A stretch of 64,000 bases of DNA from Lama glama. Lineage: Eukaryota. Location: NCBI GenBank assembly GCA_028534125.1, contig CM052817.1:43216001-43280000 (forward strand), given 5' to 3'. This document shows positions 52,751 through 64,000 of the stretch, piece after piece. Position 1 is the first letter of the stretch. Each line of letters opens with the position of its first letter. The notes below the pieces were generated by a model. That model was not told where the DNA came from, made no database searches, and saw nothing but the letters and a program-made list of their open reading frames with translations. The position numbers and the translations under genes are program-made.

Positions 52751-52931
52751 AAGACACTGGTTTATTTAAATTTACCTACATATATATATCCAGCTTTTAT
52801 ACCACTTAGCACACAGTAGGCTTTCAATTAATATTGATGGGCTCAATGATTAATATAGATATTATTAGTTTAATTTGATTTGATTTGATTTTTGATTAAA
52901 GACAACTTTATTTTTTCAATACCAAATGTAC

Positions 52932-53150
52932 TTTTTATTTTTTTTTTAATTGAAGTATAGCCAGTTACAATGTGTCAATTTCTGGTGTACAGCATAATGT
53001 TTCAGTCAGACATATACATCCATATGTTTTCATATTCTTTTCCATTATAGGTTACTATAAGATATTGAATATAGTTCCCTGTGCTATACAGAAGAAATTT
53101 GCTTTTTATCTACTTTGTATGTAGTTGTTAGTATTTGCAAACCTTGAACT
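52932..53150 (-). mobile_element. Young 5'-truncated L1
   Basis: Poly(T) plus aattgaagtatagccagttacaatgtgtc...ttgaatatagttccctgtgctatacag. Confidence 0.9.
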
Positions 53151-54179
53151 AAAGATGAAACAAGAACTCAGAGAAATGGAATGATTTTCCCAATTTTTCA
53201 GAGTAGTTGGTAGAAGTTAGGACAAAGACACAGTTTGCCTTCACTGCTTCCTGCTTTGCCCTCATACCCCAGACCTGACATTCCACTGTGCCCAAGAGCC
53301 TCTATAAAGCAGGCAGCGTAGTGTTGAGCACAGAGTAGACCATCAAGACATGCTGTTCCTTCACCACTGCCTTATTAGAGATGTCTCGGGAGCAAAGGGG
53401 GGCTCTGCTGCTTCTCCCCAGAGCTCTGCATGGCCTTCCTCCTCATCACTCGGTGTCCTCTCTTGACTCATATTCCCCTCCCAGAAACTCCAGAAACGGC
53501 AGATTCCCCTGCGGCTCAGGCCTGGGCCCTGCCAGTCCTCTGGATGTTTGCCTGCGTGTCTGCTATCACTGCAACTCAAAATGCACCAGCAGCAGCATGA
53601 CCTTTTGAAGATGCAAGCCCCGTTGCTGACTGGTTTCAGTACCGCTGCTCTGCGCAGCATGGGGAAGCAGAGACGAAAAAATAGCACAGTTGCCCCTTGG
53701 AAAGTCTAGGAAACACGAATCAAGGAAGTTATGTAGTAATGCTGGAAAGTTTGTTCAGTGTTCCAACTCTGCCCTTTCACCTGCCCTGCCTTGGCACATC
53801 CTCGATTTCTCAGCTACTGATAGCCCAGCGATCAGTGAGCAGACAACGTGCGGCCAACCGTTCACTTCCGGTCTGAGGGCCTCCTGATCAGTCAGTCTCC
53901 TAAGATTAAAGATGCTGTCACTGCTTTCTTTGTCGGGGTGGCTTTCATCCTGTAAGACAGATGACCCGACATTACCAATCTATAAGCTTCCGAGGAACGA
54001 ATTCGGATTTCAGTACTCATGGCTGTTAGATGCCAGTGATGTATCATGAAGTTGCTTGGGGCAGGAAGCTAGGGGGTTCATGTGGCATCCAAGTCTCCAG
54101 ACCCTTCTCCCCTTGGAAAAAGGCCTCTAAAGGAAAGAGCTTTGCAACCGTGTCTACTGTTGCATCAAGTCATCACGGT

Positions 54180-54410
54180 GAGAGTGTCAGGAGCATGGAA
54201 TCTGCAGCTGTAGATACCTCAGTTCCAGAGTGATCTAGTTGTGTGATCCTGGGTGACACTCAGCCTTTGACACTCAGCCTTTCTGAGCTTCAGTTTTCTA
54301 GCTAACAAATGGGGATAATGTTACCTGCCTCATGGATTTGTTGTGAAGTTAAATGAGATAACTATAAACTGCCCATATTCAAGTTAAGAAAACAGTTCCT
54401 GTTATTATTG
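54180..54410 (+). mobile_element. MIR
   Basis: ctgagcttcagttttc...aatggggataatg...gttaaatgagata. Confidence 0.75.
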
Positions 54411-54565
54411 AAAGGAAAACACCTGAGAGGATCAGAGCACAGTTACCACCTACTGGGTCTTCAGGTCTGTTTTCTGAGAAAAGAATGTGAGGTCTTAAAG
54501 CCAAAGTCCAAGGGAAGCTGAATTCTCCTCTCTGCAAGGGAGTCGAGAGTACTAAACCTCAGCAT

Positions 54566-54715
54566 GGGTGGGCATAGCTCAGTGGTAGAGTGTGTGCTTA
54601 GCATGCTTGAGGTCCTGGGTTCAATCCCCAGTACCTTCATTAAAATAAATATGTAAATAAATAAACCTAATTACTTCCAGCTCCCCCAAAACAAAGACAA
54701 AACAGAAAAGATTGT
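54566..54715 (+). mobile_element. Vic-1-type SINE
   Basis: gggtgggcatagctcagtggtagag...gggttcaatccccagtacc...; imperfect TSD taaacctcagca / taagcctcagaa. Confidence 0.9.
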
Positions 54716-55029
54716 TAAGCCTCAGAAGTTGCCCAAGATTATTAAACAGAATATGCAGTCCTTTTTCAGTTACCTTTTAATTATTAATAGTAAAACCCTT
54801 GAAACCAAAAGGATCATATGCATGTGCTAGGTATAGCAAAAGAAAATAGGTAATTGGGGAAAGGTGCAAATAATATCCAATTATTACTATATTTCAGATG
54901 TTGTGTTAGGTGCTTTTTGTTAAGGAACCTTTGTTACCTCATTTAACTCCTCATGTCCTCCACAACAGATCCAGTCATCCCTACCTGGGGCCTTCTTGGC
55001 ACTATGAGTTCCATAAATTATTCCCATCT

Positions 55030-55460
55030 TTTTAAAAAACTGAAATATAATTGACATTAACATAGTTTTAGTTTTAGGTGTACAACATAATGATTTGATA
55101 TATGTTTGTATTTCAAAATGATTAGCACAATAGGATTAGTTGACATCCATCACCACACATAGTAACGTATTTCTTTTTTCTTGTAATGAGAACATTTTAG
55201 ATTTACTCTCTTGGTAACTTTCAAATATACAATACAGATTATTAACTATAGTCACTATGTTCTACATGACTTCTCCTGGACTTACTTATCTCATAACTTC
55301 AAGTTATGACTGCCTTTACTCATTTCATCCTCCTCCCAAACACCGCCCCTGACAACCACCAGTCTGTTTTCTGTATCTATGAGTTCCATTTTTAAAAAAG
55401 ATTCTACACATAAGTGAGATCATACAGTATTTGTCTTCCTCTGTCTGACTTATTTCACTA
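55030..55460 (-). mobile_element. L1 (L1MA9-like) 3' end nested in a MIR
   Basis: ttttaggtgtacaacataatgattt...ataagtgagatcatacagtatttgtc...ctgacttatttcac. Confidence 0.85.
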
Positions 55461-57239
55461 CTCCCGTCTTATAAACAGAAGGAAATGGTGGATCAGCTTT
55501 GCTAAGTGATTCACCCAAAGTTGCACAGCAAGTGGGTGGTATTTGAACTCAGACTATGCCTCTGGAGCTTAGAGTCTTTCAGTTAATACCTAGGAAGGGG
55601 CAGGTCGGGAGGCTGTTTTCCCAGAGGAAAGGAGACAGAACCATCACACTGAACCATCAGCCCAGGAGAAGCAAGACAACCCCAGTGTCCCCAGAGGCAT
55701 AACCAGAGATAGATTTGTGGAGTTTCCCCACAGGGACTTTCTCTGGGTAGATTATAAATTCTGGGAAACCTTGGACCTTCCAGAAGTTTCTGGCTGCACC
55801 TAGACCAACCAAATGACACACCCAGCACCCAGAAGTAAGAGTGAGGAGAAAATCAAGAACGGACATTTGGTTGCTTGGTGGCCAGGGAAGGTCTCCATAT
55901 TGAAATAATTAAAAGTAGACTAAACAAAAGACTTTCCTTTGTCTTGTCAACATTGCTCAAGTTAGCCATAAATTAAAGCAGAGGGCTTAAGAAGAGAGGA
56001 GGTAGAAAGAGGAAGGAAGCTGCTTTTCTCCTTGTCACCAAGTCTTATCTCCAGAAACATATCTGAATAAATTGAAGACATCCTCCAGTTATTGCTGTCA
56101 AATTTAGCCCTCCAGTGACAGAAGGCTAAGGTGTAGGCTGGTACCCAGAAGACCTGAAATGACTGCCAGGTGCCTGAGGTGGCTGGCCGTGCCTGCTGCA
56201 CAATCTGGTGCCTCCTTAGAGTCCTGAGGTCCCTGGTGAGACACAGAAAGAGCTGGAAAAGTAGGACCATTCCCAGCTGAATGTTGCTGTGCATCACCCT
56301 CTTCTTAGGAAAGACCTCGCTTTGAGTGTACATCCACGAGATGGGTCTTACACTGGTTCAAAGCCGTGACAGAGAGGTCTCCATGGCTCTCATATTACCT
56401 GTCTATATCTGGAAAGCAGGCAATACAATGAGCATCTATGCTGTGGATTCCATCACAAAGAAGACTTAAACTTGTCTCTAGCTATTGCCCACAATGAGAT
56501 TTCTGAAATCAGAAAGAGAAAAAGAGAAAGTGAGAGAGAGCAAGAGGGAGAGAGAGAAAGAGAGGGAGGAGCTAAACTTTCCACTAGATACTGCAGAAAT
56601 AGGAAACAAGTGGGCATTAAGGGTTGACTGTTACTATTCAGGCCCGGAGAGGGCTCTCCACAAAGGGTTGGTGACCCATGTATCCCGGGCACTCTTTGTT
56701 GCATGACTTTCCCATATAATCAAGGCTACATAACTGGGCAGTTCTTGGGAGCTTGTCCTCATCTCTGTGCCAATCTTTGTGTCTTCAAAGCTCCTACCGA
56801 TGAATTCCTTTAATACCTAGCTCAGAGTTTCCATTCCCAGAGAATCCTTCCCTGACAGGTCTCATCAATCCTTCATTTGAGCTCTGGGCACCTTTTAATA
56901 ACCAAACTTCCTTACATTTCTTTAAAAAATGTTTTAAAATTAGTAAATCAATTATTGTTAGAATTTTACAAAACACAAGTCAGAAAAAAGAAGAAAATGA
57001 ATTACCTGTCATCCTACCACCCACAGATGAACAATGAATAGTGACCTCAGCCATATCTCTTCTCCCAGTTTCTCTGGTTTTCTGTTTCCCAGTGTTTTGT
57101 TAACGTTCTTTTTTCCTACGTAGCCAAATACCACATGTGTCTCTTGAACACGTGTATCTACCTATCTATATCTATACATTTTAATGGTGCGTAGTGTTTC
57201 ACAGCATTTTTAGCAGCTTCCTTACCATGTGTTACTACA

Positions 57240-57480
57240 GTTAGTGGTGAGTAGCACTCACAGAGTGCATACTATTTGCTGGGTTGTTCTAAGTGCTTAC
57301 ATGCACTGATCCATTTAATCTGTGTACTCCAAGGTGGTTGATTTAATTATTACTATCAAATTTCAAGATAAGGAAACAGAGGCACAAAGAGTTTAAATAC
57401 TTTGTCTGTGACCAGTATGTTTAGAGCTAGAATTTGAACCTGAACTGGACTGGCTTTAGGCTCTTAACTTCTGCCCTAAT
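57240..57480 (-). mobile_element. MIR
   Basis: agataaggaaacagaggcacaaagag...gagctagaatttgaacc. Confidence 0.75.
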
Positions 57481-57616
57481 GACTTAGACAGTCTTTAACT
57501 GAGCACCCAATCATCAGCAGTTTCTTCAAATATCTTAGTTGTTAATGCTAGAAGTCAGGAACAACAGTGTGAGAATCTTGTCTGAGGTCAAAGAGCTGCA
57601 GAAATGGGGCAGCCGG

Positions 57617-57817
57617 CTCTATATAAAAATAGCCTTTAAAAAAGTTTCTTCCGTATAGAACAGGAAACTATGTTCAATATCTTGTAATAACCTTTAATGA
57701 AAAAACATGAAAACGAATATATGTACGTATATGCAGAACTGGGACATTGTACTGTGCACTGGAAATTGACACATTGTAATTGACTGTACTGCAATAAAAA
57801 ATACATTAATTTAGAAA
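57617..57817 (+). mobile_element. Young 5'-truncated L1
   Basis: aactatgttcaatatcttgtaataacc...ttgacacattgtaattgact...caataaaaa; imperfect TSD agaaatggggcagcc / agaaatgcagcagcc. Confidence 0.88.
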
Positions 57818-57849
57818 AAGAAATGCAGCAGCCAGGTGGCACAAACCCA

Positions 57850-57921
57850 TCCACCACCGCCACTACTACCAACATCACCACTATTACTATCACTGCCACC
57901 TCCACCCCCATCACTACCACC
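57850..57921. repeat. Degenerate (CAC/TAC/CAT)n low-complexity tract
   Basis: ccaccaccgcccactactaccaacatcaccact... Confidence 0.75.
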
Positions 57922-59179
57922 AGGCTATCTTTGCTAATTAGCTAGGTATCCATCTTTACTTTCTCTTCCACATTCTGCAGAATAGGTCTTGGAAGTCAGA
58001 AAATGAGTAGCTTTATAATCCCAGCACCCAGCACAGTTCCTGGGCCATGGTGACCATGCAATAAATCCTTGAAGGAATAAGGGCTCAAGGAGTTGATTTG
58101 ACTGACAGCAACCAAGGAAGACATGAAGAGATCAGTCAACACCTGTTTAAACAGCATGCAATACGTGATCTAAATTTGTCTTGTGCACTTGGCTCTCTAA
58201 CACAAAACAACACGAAAAGTTTAAATTTTCCACGTTGAAAATCTCTAAACTCCATGGAGTTCATGTGGCCAGGGGCACCTGTATAGGCCAGTGACGCCCG
58301 GGCTGCAGTTCTCCAAGCGGAGGTGTGAATTTGGCTCCTGCTCACTCGCTCACCACCGGGACCTCTGCTCTCCCCACTCCCTCCCTACTGTGGCCTGCTC
58401 ACGTGTGTAGGAGCCAATTTGATCTCAGTGTCCTTCGTCAAAGTTCTCATTTGCCTGGTGGTTGACAGTGTAGCAGTTGTTACTTCGGGGCAGGCTCAGA
58501 GCTCTGCGAGTCACCCTGGGCAATTATTTATCGCCACATCAGTTCCACGAAGCTGGTGCCAGAAGAGGACTCGGGTAGGTTTCACTGGCCCATTTTCTCT
58601 GTGCAGAGCTGAGTTTTAAAACTCGTACAGCTGAATGGGCTATTTTGGTGTCTTGGATTTGAAGATTTGGGATTTCTTTTTTATTCTTTATTGCAGCAGC
58701 CATTCGATGCTACCTCTCCTTTGTAATTCACCTCCTCACTTGAAATTCTCCTTCCTTCCACTTTTGACTTTACAAAATCCACAGAAACAGGCAAACTCCA
58801 GTCTCAGAGCAGGGCTGACCCTCTGGTAGACGGAACCAGCAGAAAGCTGAGCTTGCTGAAACTAGCAGAAACGCAGCACTAGTAACAGAGTTTATGCACA
58901 AAGCAACTAACACTTGCTTTACTTCCACAGTCCCATGGGAGACGCCCAGAAAGTGGGTGGGAAAGATCTGAATCTGTCAGTTTGCCAGGGTGGATTTGAA
59001 AAGAAATCTAGGGTGATTTCCGTGGGTTGTAAAACACAAGGTTTCATGGGCAGGGAATTGCCAAGAGGTCGGTTTTATCTCCTTTCCTAATTACAAACTA
59101 GGAGAGTTCACTTTACAACATCCAAAAATCCCCCAAGTGAATCAAGCAAAAGCAATTGCAGGTCTTCCAAACAGAGCCA

Positions 59180-59440
59180 GGATAGCAATCAACGCTCATT
59201 GGACACTTAAGGTGGGGCAAACCCTGTGCTGAGTGTTTTACTTAAACTGACTAATTGAAAACTCAATAACTCACCCATCTGTATCTGAACCACTAAATGC
59301 TAGTGCCGTCCTGGCTTTACAGATAAGGAACTGAGGCACAGAAAGGTTAAGTAAATTGACTGCTCACCTGTCACACAATTCAAGTGGTGGCCAGGAAATA
59401 AGTCTGGACAGCCTTACATATTTGACTCCCAGCATCAGAG
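59180..59440 (-). mobile_element. MIR
   Basis: ttacagataaggaactgaggcacagaaaggttaagtaa. Confidence 0.75.
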
Positions 59441-59718
59441 AACACATTTGACAAGATAACACTGATTTCAGTGAGTGTTTTCCTTGAAGACGTCCAAGGC
59501 CAGTCTTAGAGTTACTATCCCTCTGCAATGGGATAATTTATTCTACAAATGCTTACTGAACACCTACTGTCTTCCATTTGCTGGGCAGGACTATGCCAAT
59601 GCAATTACTGGTAACTACTTCTGATTGAATTAAATTCTTCACGTGATTTATTTCATTTAATCCTCACAACTTTCAGGTAGGGGCTGAAATTAGCAGGTAA
59701 AGAATTGATGTTGTAAGG

Positions 59719-59815
59719 TGCACAGAAGTAGGAATATAACACTGTACCCATGAAATTTATATAATGTCATAAATCAATGTTGCCTCAATTTAAAAAATTA
59801 AATTGAGTTTTTAAA
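59719..59815 (+). mobile_element. Short LINE 3' end nested in a MIR
   Basis: Roughly 19-bp TSD aaagaattgatgttgtaagg / aaagaattgaggtgtaagg. Confidence 0.7.
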
Positions 59816-60053
59816 AAAGAATTGAGGTGTAAGGAAGTTAAGTAGTCGTCAAATGCTGACTGCCAGAAACACTGCTGCAATGAGCAGAGGACCAGGATTT
59901 GGATCCAGTTTGATCTGGCCTCCAAACCAATGCTTTAGAGACAAAGTAAAACTGTAGAAGTTGGAGGTTATCAATATGACACGAAATTAGGGAGATGGAA
60001 AAAGGAGAGGATACACAGAAGTAAAGGTTGGATTATACTATTTAAACGTTTCC

Positions 60054-60188
60054 CCTATAATGAAAAAGAATATGAAGGGGAGTATATGTACGTATATGTG
60101 TGACTGAGACATTATACTGTCTGCCAGGAATAGACATGACATTGTAACTGACTATATTTCAACTAAAAAAAATTAAAAATTAACTAAC
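60054..60188 (+). mobile_element. Young 5'-truncated L1
   Basis: ctataatgaaaaagaatatg...attgtaactgactatatttcaac; TSD taaacgtttccc / taaacatttccc. Confidence 0.88.
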
Positions 60189-60844
60189 TAAACATTTCCC
60201 TCAACTCACCCTTACAAATAGGCTAGAGACACCCCTATTCAATGTCTCCATTTGTCATTTTTTTTTTGCAGCGCTTGTAAATAGACCAAATATCCTCCCA
60301 CTCCAGAATGAGGTGTACAAATCTCCGTCCTTCTGCAGTTCACCAATCACAGAGCCCAGGACTCTTTCCAGTTTGCTAGTTTTCTCCTCTTCACAGTCAT
60401 TCATGGACCAAACAGTGCATAACAAGATGACTTGAATGTATTCACTTAGCCGGCTGATCCCTGGAAGAGTTAACATACATTTCATGTAAATGCAGATGGT
60501 CCTGGGAATTGTGAGAAACAAGAGGATTAAATTAAATGATCCATATGTTCCATTAAGAAGGGTTTTACAACAACAGTAAGATGCCTGGACCATAACATTC
60601 TACAGACAATGAAGATGTTCCCGAATAATTCATATTTGGCCCAGTTATTCTGAAGCAATTAAAATAAATAGGTTTTGCCTTTGGGACACAGAACCACAGG
60701 GTCCAATTTGAACTCGACCTGCCACCTTGTGGAAATTAGAGGCAAGAAAAAACATGGCATTTGAATAATACATTTTAATAATAATATGATCTGGGCTAAC
60801 ATTTATTGAGGGCTTACCATACGCTAGGCACTATATTAAACAAC

Positions 60845-60980
60845 TTTTATTTTTTAATTTTTGTGAAAGAAATTGTATTTATTCATTTATTTATTTATTT
60901 TTAATGATGGTTCTGGGGGATTGAACCTAGGACCTTGTGCATGCTAAGCATGTGCTCTGCCACTGAGCTATACCCACCCC
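60845..60980 (-). mobile_element. Vic-1-type SINE nested in a MIR (60780-61170)
   Basis: ggggattgaacctaggaccttgtgcatgctaagcatgtgctctgccactgagctatacc. Confidence 0.9.
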
Positions 60981-61479
60981 AACTCCATGCTAAACATCTT
61001 TTAAATGTTTTCTCATTTAATTATCAAAATAGCTTTATGAGGTAGGAACTATCATTGTCCCCATTTTAAGGGTGAGGGGTCTGTGGCTTAGCAAGGTAAA
61101 ATAATTTGCCAAAAGTCACAGATCTGTGCAGCATGACGCCAGGGCCCGTGGACTAAACCACGCACTGCCCTGTGCCAGATAAGATTTCAATAGCTCTCCC
61201 CTCTCATCCTCATATAGTATTTAAATATTTAAATAAATATTACAATCCTTTGGAAGGGTCACTAAGGGTGAGCTAACCACGTTCCATCAGAATCATCAGC
61301 AAAATACTTTCAGCATCTCTCAGCAGGCCCAGTGCCCACAAGGCAAGAAGGAAGAGAGCAGAAGGGTTGGAGGAGGAAGCTTTCCTTGGAGTCTTTCATT
61401 GTCTCAAAGTTCCCTTCTCTTTGCAGCATTCTGTCCAGTGATCGCCACTCCCTTCACGTCCTTATCTTCCTTCATCCTC

Positions 61480-61700
61480 ATTCATGCACAGATACCGTCT
61501 GGATCCTACACCTTGGTTTCCCTGTTGTGTAACCTTGGGCTAGTAACCTCACCTTCCTGAGCTTCACTTTCCTCATTTGTAAAGTGAGGATAATAGTGAT
61601 ACGTGCATTCCTGTGCTGAGAAGAAATGAGATCTAAAATGTCTAGCATGGTATTCAGCACGTGGGAAGTCCTTGATTCGTATACACAATAAAATTTGATT
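61480..61700 (+). mobile_element. MIR
   Basis: tgtgtaaccttgggctagt...tttcctcatttgtaaagtgaggataatag. Confidence 0.75.
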
Positions 61701-62003
61701 ATTTTAGTATCAATGCCACAGTTCTACACCACAGGTGAATGACATTTAGTAGTTTTCACGGTAGCTCCCATGATTATTTCCCATGCTCCTGACATCAATC
61801 TGGTACGAACAGCAGGAAAGATCTTCTCCCCTGCTTTACAAATCACTGTCATTGCAATTTGTTGTGTTCCTACTATGAACAGGGAACTGGGCTAAGAAGT
61901 GAGAAATATGTAACATTTACACTGACATTCACAGTGGTTGAGTGGTTGGCCTTTTTTTTTTTTATGACAGAGAACACAGTGATTCCCTGGGAAAGCAAGA
62001 GGA

Positions 62004-62800
62004 TGAGATAACAGAAAAATATGTTGGTCTCTGCGTCTCGTTCCTGGCGCCGAGCTCTTAGAACTCTTACGATTTCCTAAGTGATAAGAGCACTGGGAGC
62101 ATCTTTGATTTTAATATTTGACCTTTGCTAATGAGGTAACTCTATGTGGCTCCTGGATGAGGGCTGGCCCTCGGTAAGATCAAGCCATGATTAGATGCTT
62201 GGAATTTTCAGCCCTGCCCCCTATTTTCTTGAGAAGGGAGAAGGGCTGAAAATGGAGTTAATGGTTGACCAAGCCGACGTGATGAAGCCTCTAAAAAAGC
62301 CCAATACTATAGGGTTTGGGGAGCTTCTGCGTTGGTGAACACATGAGCTATGGGGAGTGGTGCACCTGGATGGGACGTGGACGCTCCGTGCCTCTTGCCA
62401 CACACCTTGGTCTACACATCTCTTCCATCTAGAGGTTCATCTGTATCCTTCACTATATCCTTTTATAATAAACTGGCAAACCTAAGTAAATGTTTCCCTG
62501 AATTCTGTGACCACTCTAACAAATTAATCAAACCCAAGGTGGAGGTCGATGGCCTCTCTAATCTACAGCTAGTCAGTCAGAAGCGCAGATGACAACCTGA
62601 ATGTGATTGGCTTCTGGACGGGGGGCAGGTAGCCTTGCAGGACTGAGCCCTTCACCTGTGGGTTAGTTATCTGCTATCTCCAGGCAGATAGTGTCAGAAC
62701 TGAGTTGTTATAGGATGTCCAGCTGGGGTCAGATCATCGTTTGGTGTGGAACCCACTCCCCACCTCAGCCCCTGCCCAACAGTGATAACTGGTGATCAGA
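62004..62800 (+). mobile_element. MER21-type solo LTR
   Basis: ttcctggcgccgagctc...tttcctaagtgataagag...gagaaggggagaagggctga-like segment...ttttataataaactgg...gactgagcccttcacctgtggg...gatagtgtcagaactgag. Confidence 0.85.
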
Positions 62801-63234
62801 GCCCATTAAAGACAACAACCCAAGTTCTTCCTAGTTTGGTGTTTTGTCTGTTACATCCTGCCCCTTACTGACTGGAGATGAAGGCTACTTCTACTGCCAT
62901 AGTGGGGCACCGTCACTCCAAAGCAGTACAAGGGGTAAAACTGTGATAAATATGATAAAATCATGTTTCCCTACTTCCTTCAGAGCTATTTTGTGGCCTC
63001 CCAGAAATTATATTTATGAATTTGTGACTTACACAATGGCATGACAGGGAGCAGTCAAAATCAATCAAATGCATGTCATGCAATGCTAGAGACAAGTGTC
63101 TTTTATGTGCCAAGCACGTTCTGAACACTAGGGATACAGCAGTGAATGCAGCAGACAAAAATCCCTGCATTCAAATAGCTAAGTTTAAGGGTTGAAAAGA
63201 ATGGTGGCCTTGGAGGGGGGATAAATTCTAAGGC

Positions 63235-63460
63235 AAAAATGGTGGTTAAGAGCCTGGACACTGGGAGTTAGGCTGTTTGGATGTAAATCTTGGCTCTTCT
63301 AATGGGCAAATTACTTACTTTCTCTAAGCTTCCATTCCTGTATCTGTGAGTTAGTGCCTACATTGGGAAGTGCCTTGAGGATTAATGATTTCGCACACAC
63401 TACACTGTGTAACACAGTGCCCGGTGCATCGTAAGCACCCAGGAAGTCTTAGCCGTGATG
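63235..63460 (+). mobile_element. MIR
   Basis: gtggttaagagcctggac...gggcaaattacttac...acacagtgcccggtgcatcgtaagc. Confidence 0.8.
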
Positions 63461-63464
63461 TACT

Positions 63465-64000
63465 GCTTGGTGGGACACCTATTTACCAAATCACTTAAGC
63501 CAGAATTGTGGGGGCAAACTTGACACCTGACTACCTTGATTATCATGTTCTATCAGTTTTATCCCCTAAATGTTTCTTAAGCCAGAGTGTGTATTTTCTC
63601 CTCTTTTCTCTCTGGCCATCCCTTAGCTAGGCTGACACTTCCAGTATTGATGAAAGAATGAATTTGTCAAGCGGGCTCCCTGCCTTTAGCATTGTTCCCC
63701 CATACATTCCTCCTTGATCAAAAAGTGGACCACATAATCTCCCTGATTGAAACCCTCCTGGGATGCTCCTCCCAGGACTCTCCCTCGGTGGTAAACTCTT
63801 GAGCAGGCTATGTGAGACTGTCGTCATCCAGCCCTGCCTGCCACCGCTCCCCTCCTCTTGCACACTAAGCCTCCACCATGTGTGTCTCTCCCTAAACAGA
63901 TTACAAGCTCTTTGGCCAAAGGAAAGGGTCTTAGTTCCTAGCATCTCCGACACTTAGCACAGGGCGTGGCACATGGTAGGTCTGCAGAAGGGTTGCAGTG
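63465..64000 (+). mobile_element. L2 fragments and 3' end
   Basis: aagccagaa...agattacaagctc...cttagcacagggcgtggcacatggtagg. Confidence 0.65.

Noticed and set aside
55962..56333. 123-aa ATG-initiated minus-strand ORF in unique sequence
   Set aside because: No recognisable homology, weak Kozak context, no supporting gene structure
25582..60980. Six tRNA-Ala(AGC)-like sequences as tRNA genes
   Set aside because: They have extra 5' G residues, a shared non-tRNA tail, A-rich ends, TSDs and stem mismatches, so they are SINEs
38323..61235. Short palindromes (38323-38339, 40792-40809, 51225-51238, 52462-52475, 61218-61235)
   Set aside because: 7-9 bp arms are expected by chance in 64 kb; some are low complexity or inside repeats
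92..63957. ORF track (60-162 aa) as protein-coding genes
   Set aside because: No recognisable domains; many start at GTG/TTG or lie within L1, L2, LTR or SINE sequence; lengths are as expected by chance
1..64000. CRISPR arrays, operons or other prokaryotic/viral systems, and intact ERV or transposase ORFs
   Set aside because: The sequence is CpG-depleted eutherian DNA with no regularly spaced repeats; all LTRs appear solo and the DNA transposons are non-autonomous

Overview
This is non-coding mammalian genomic DNA, very probably camelid (Camelus/Lama/Vicugna), judged from six copies of a tRNA-Ala-derived SINE matching the Tylopoda Vic-1 type plus artiodactyl-type L1 3' ends. By eye roughly half the window is interspersed repeat: old eutherian MIR, L2, L1M, MaLR/ERVL LTRs and hAT/Tigger DNA transposons, overlaid by younger 5'-truncated L1s and SINEs with visible target-site duplications (TSDs). 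I recognise no protein-coding gene, genuine tRNA, rRNA, miRNA or CRISPR array. The listed ORFs are short and look random or repeat-derived. The window is intergenic or lies deep in an intron. The most notable non-repeat signals are several well-formed minus-strand splice-site pairs (possible lncRNA or alternative exons), a repeat-poor block at about 18-28 kb with transcription-factor motif clusters, an isolated 51-bp duplication 2.46 kb apart, and some palindromes. I cannot support a claim of a novel biological system here. Repeat family names come from memory of consensus sequences, and boundaries are approximate unless a TSD is given.
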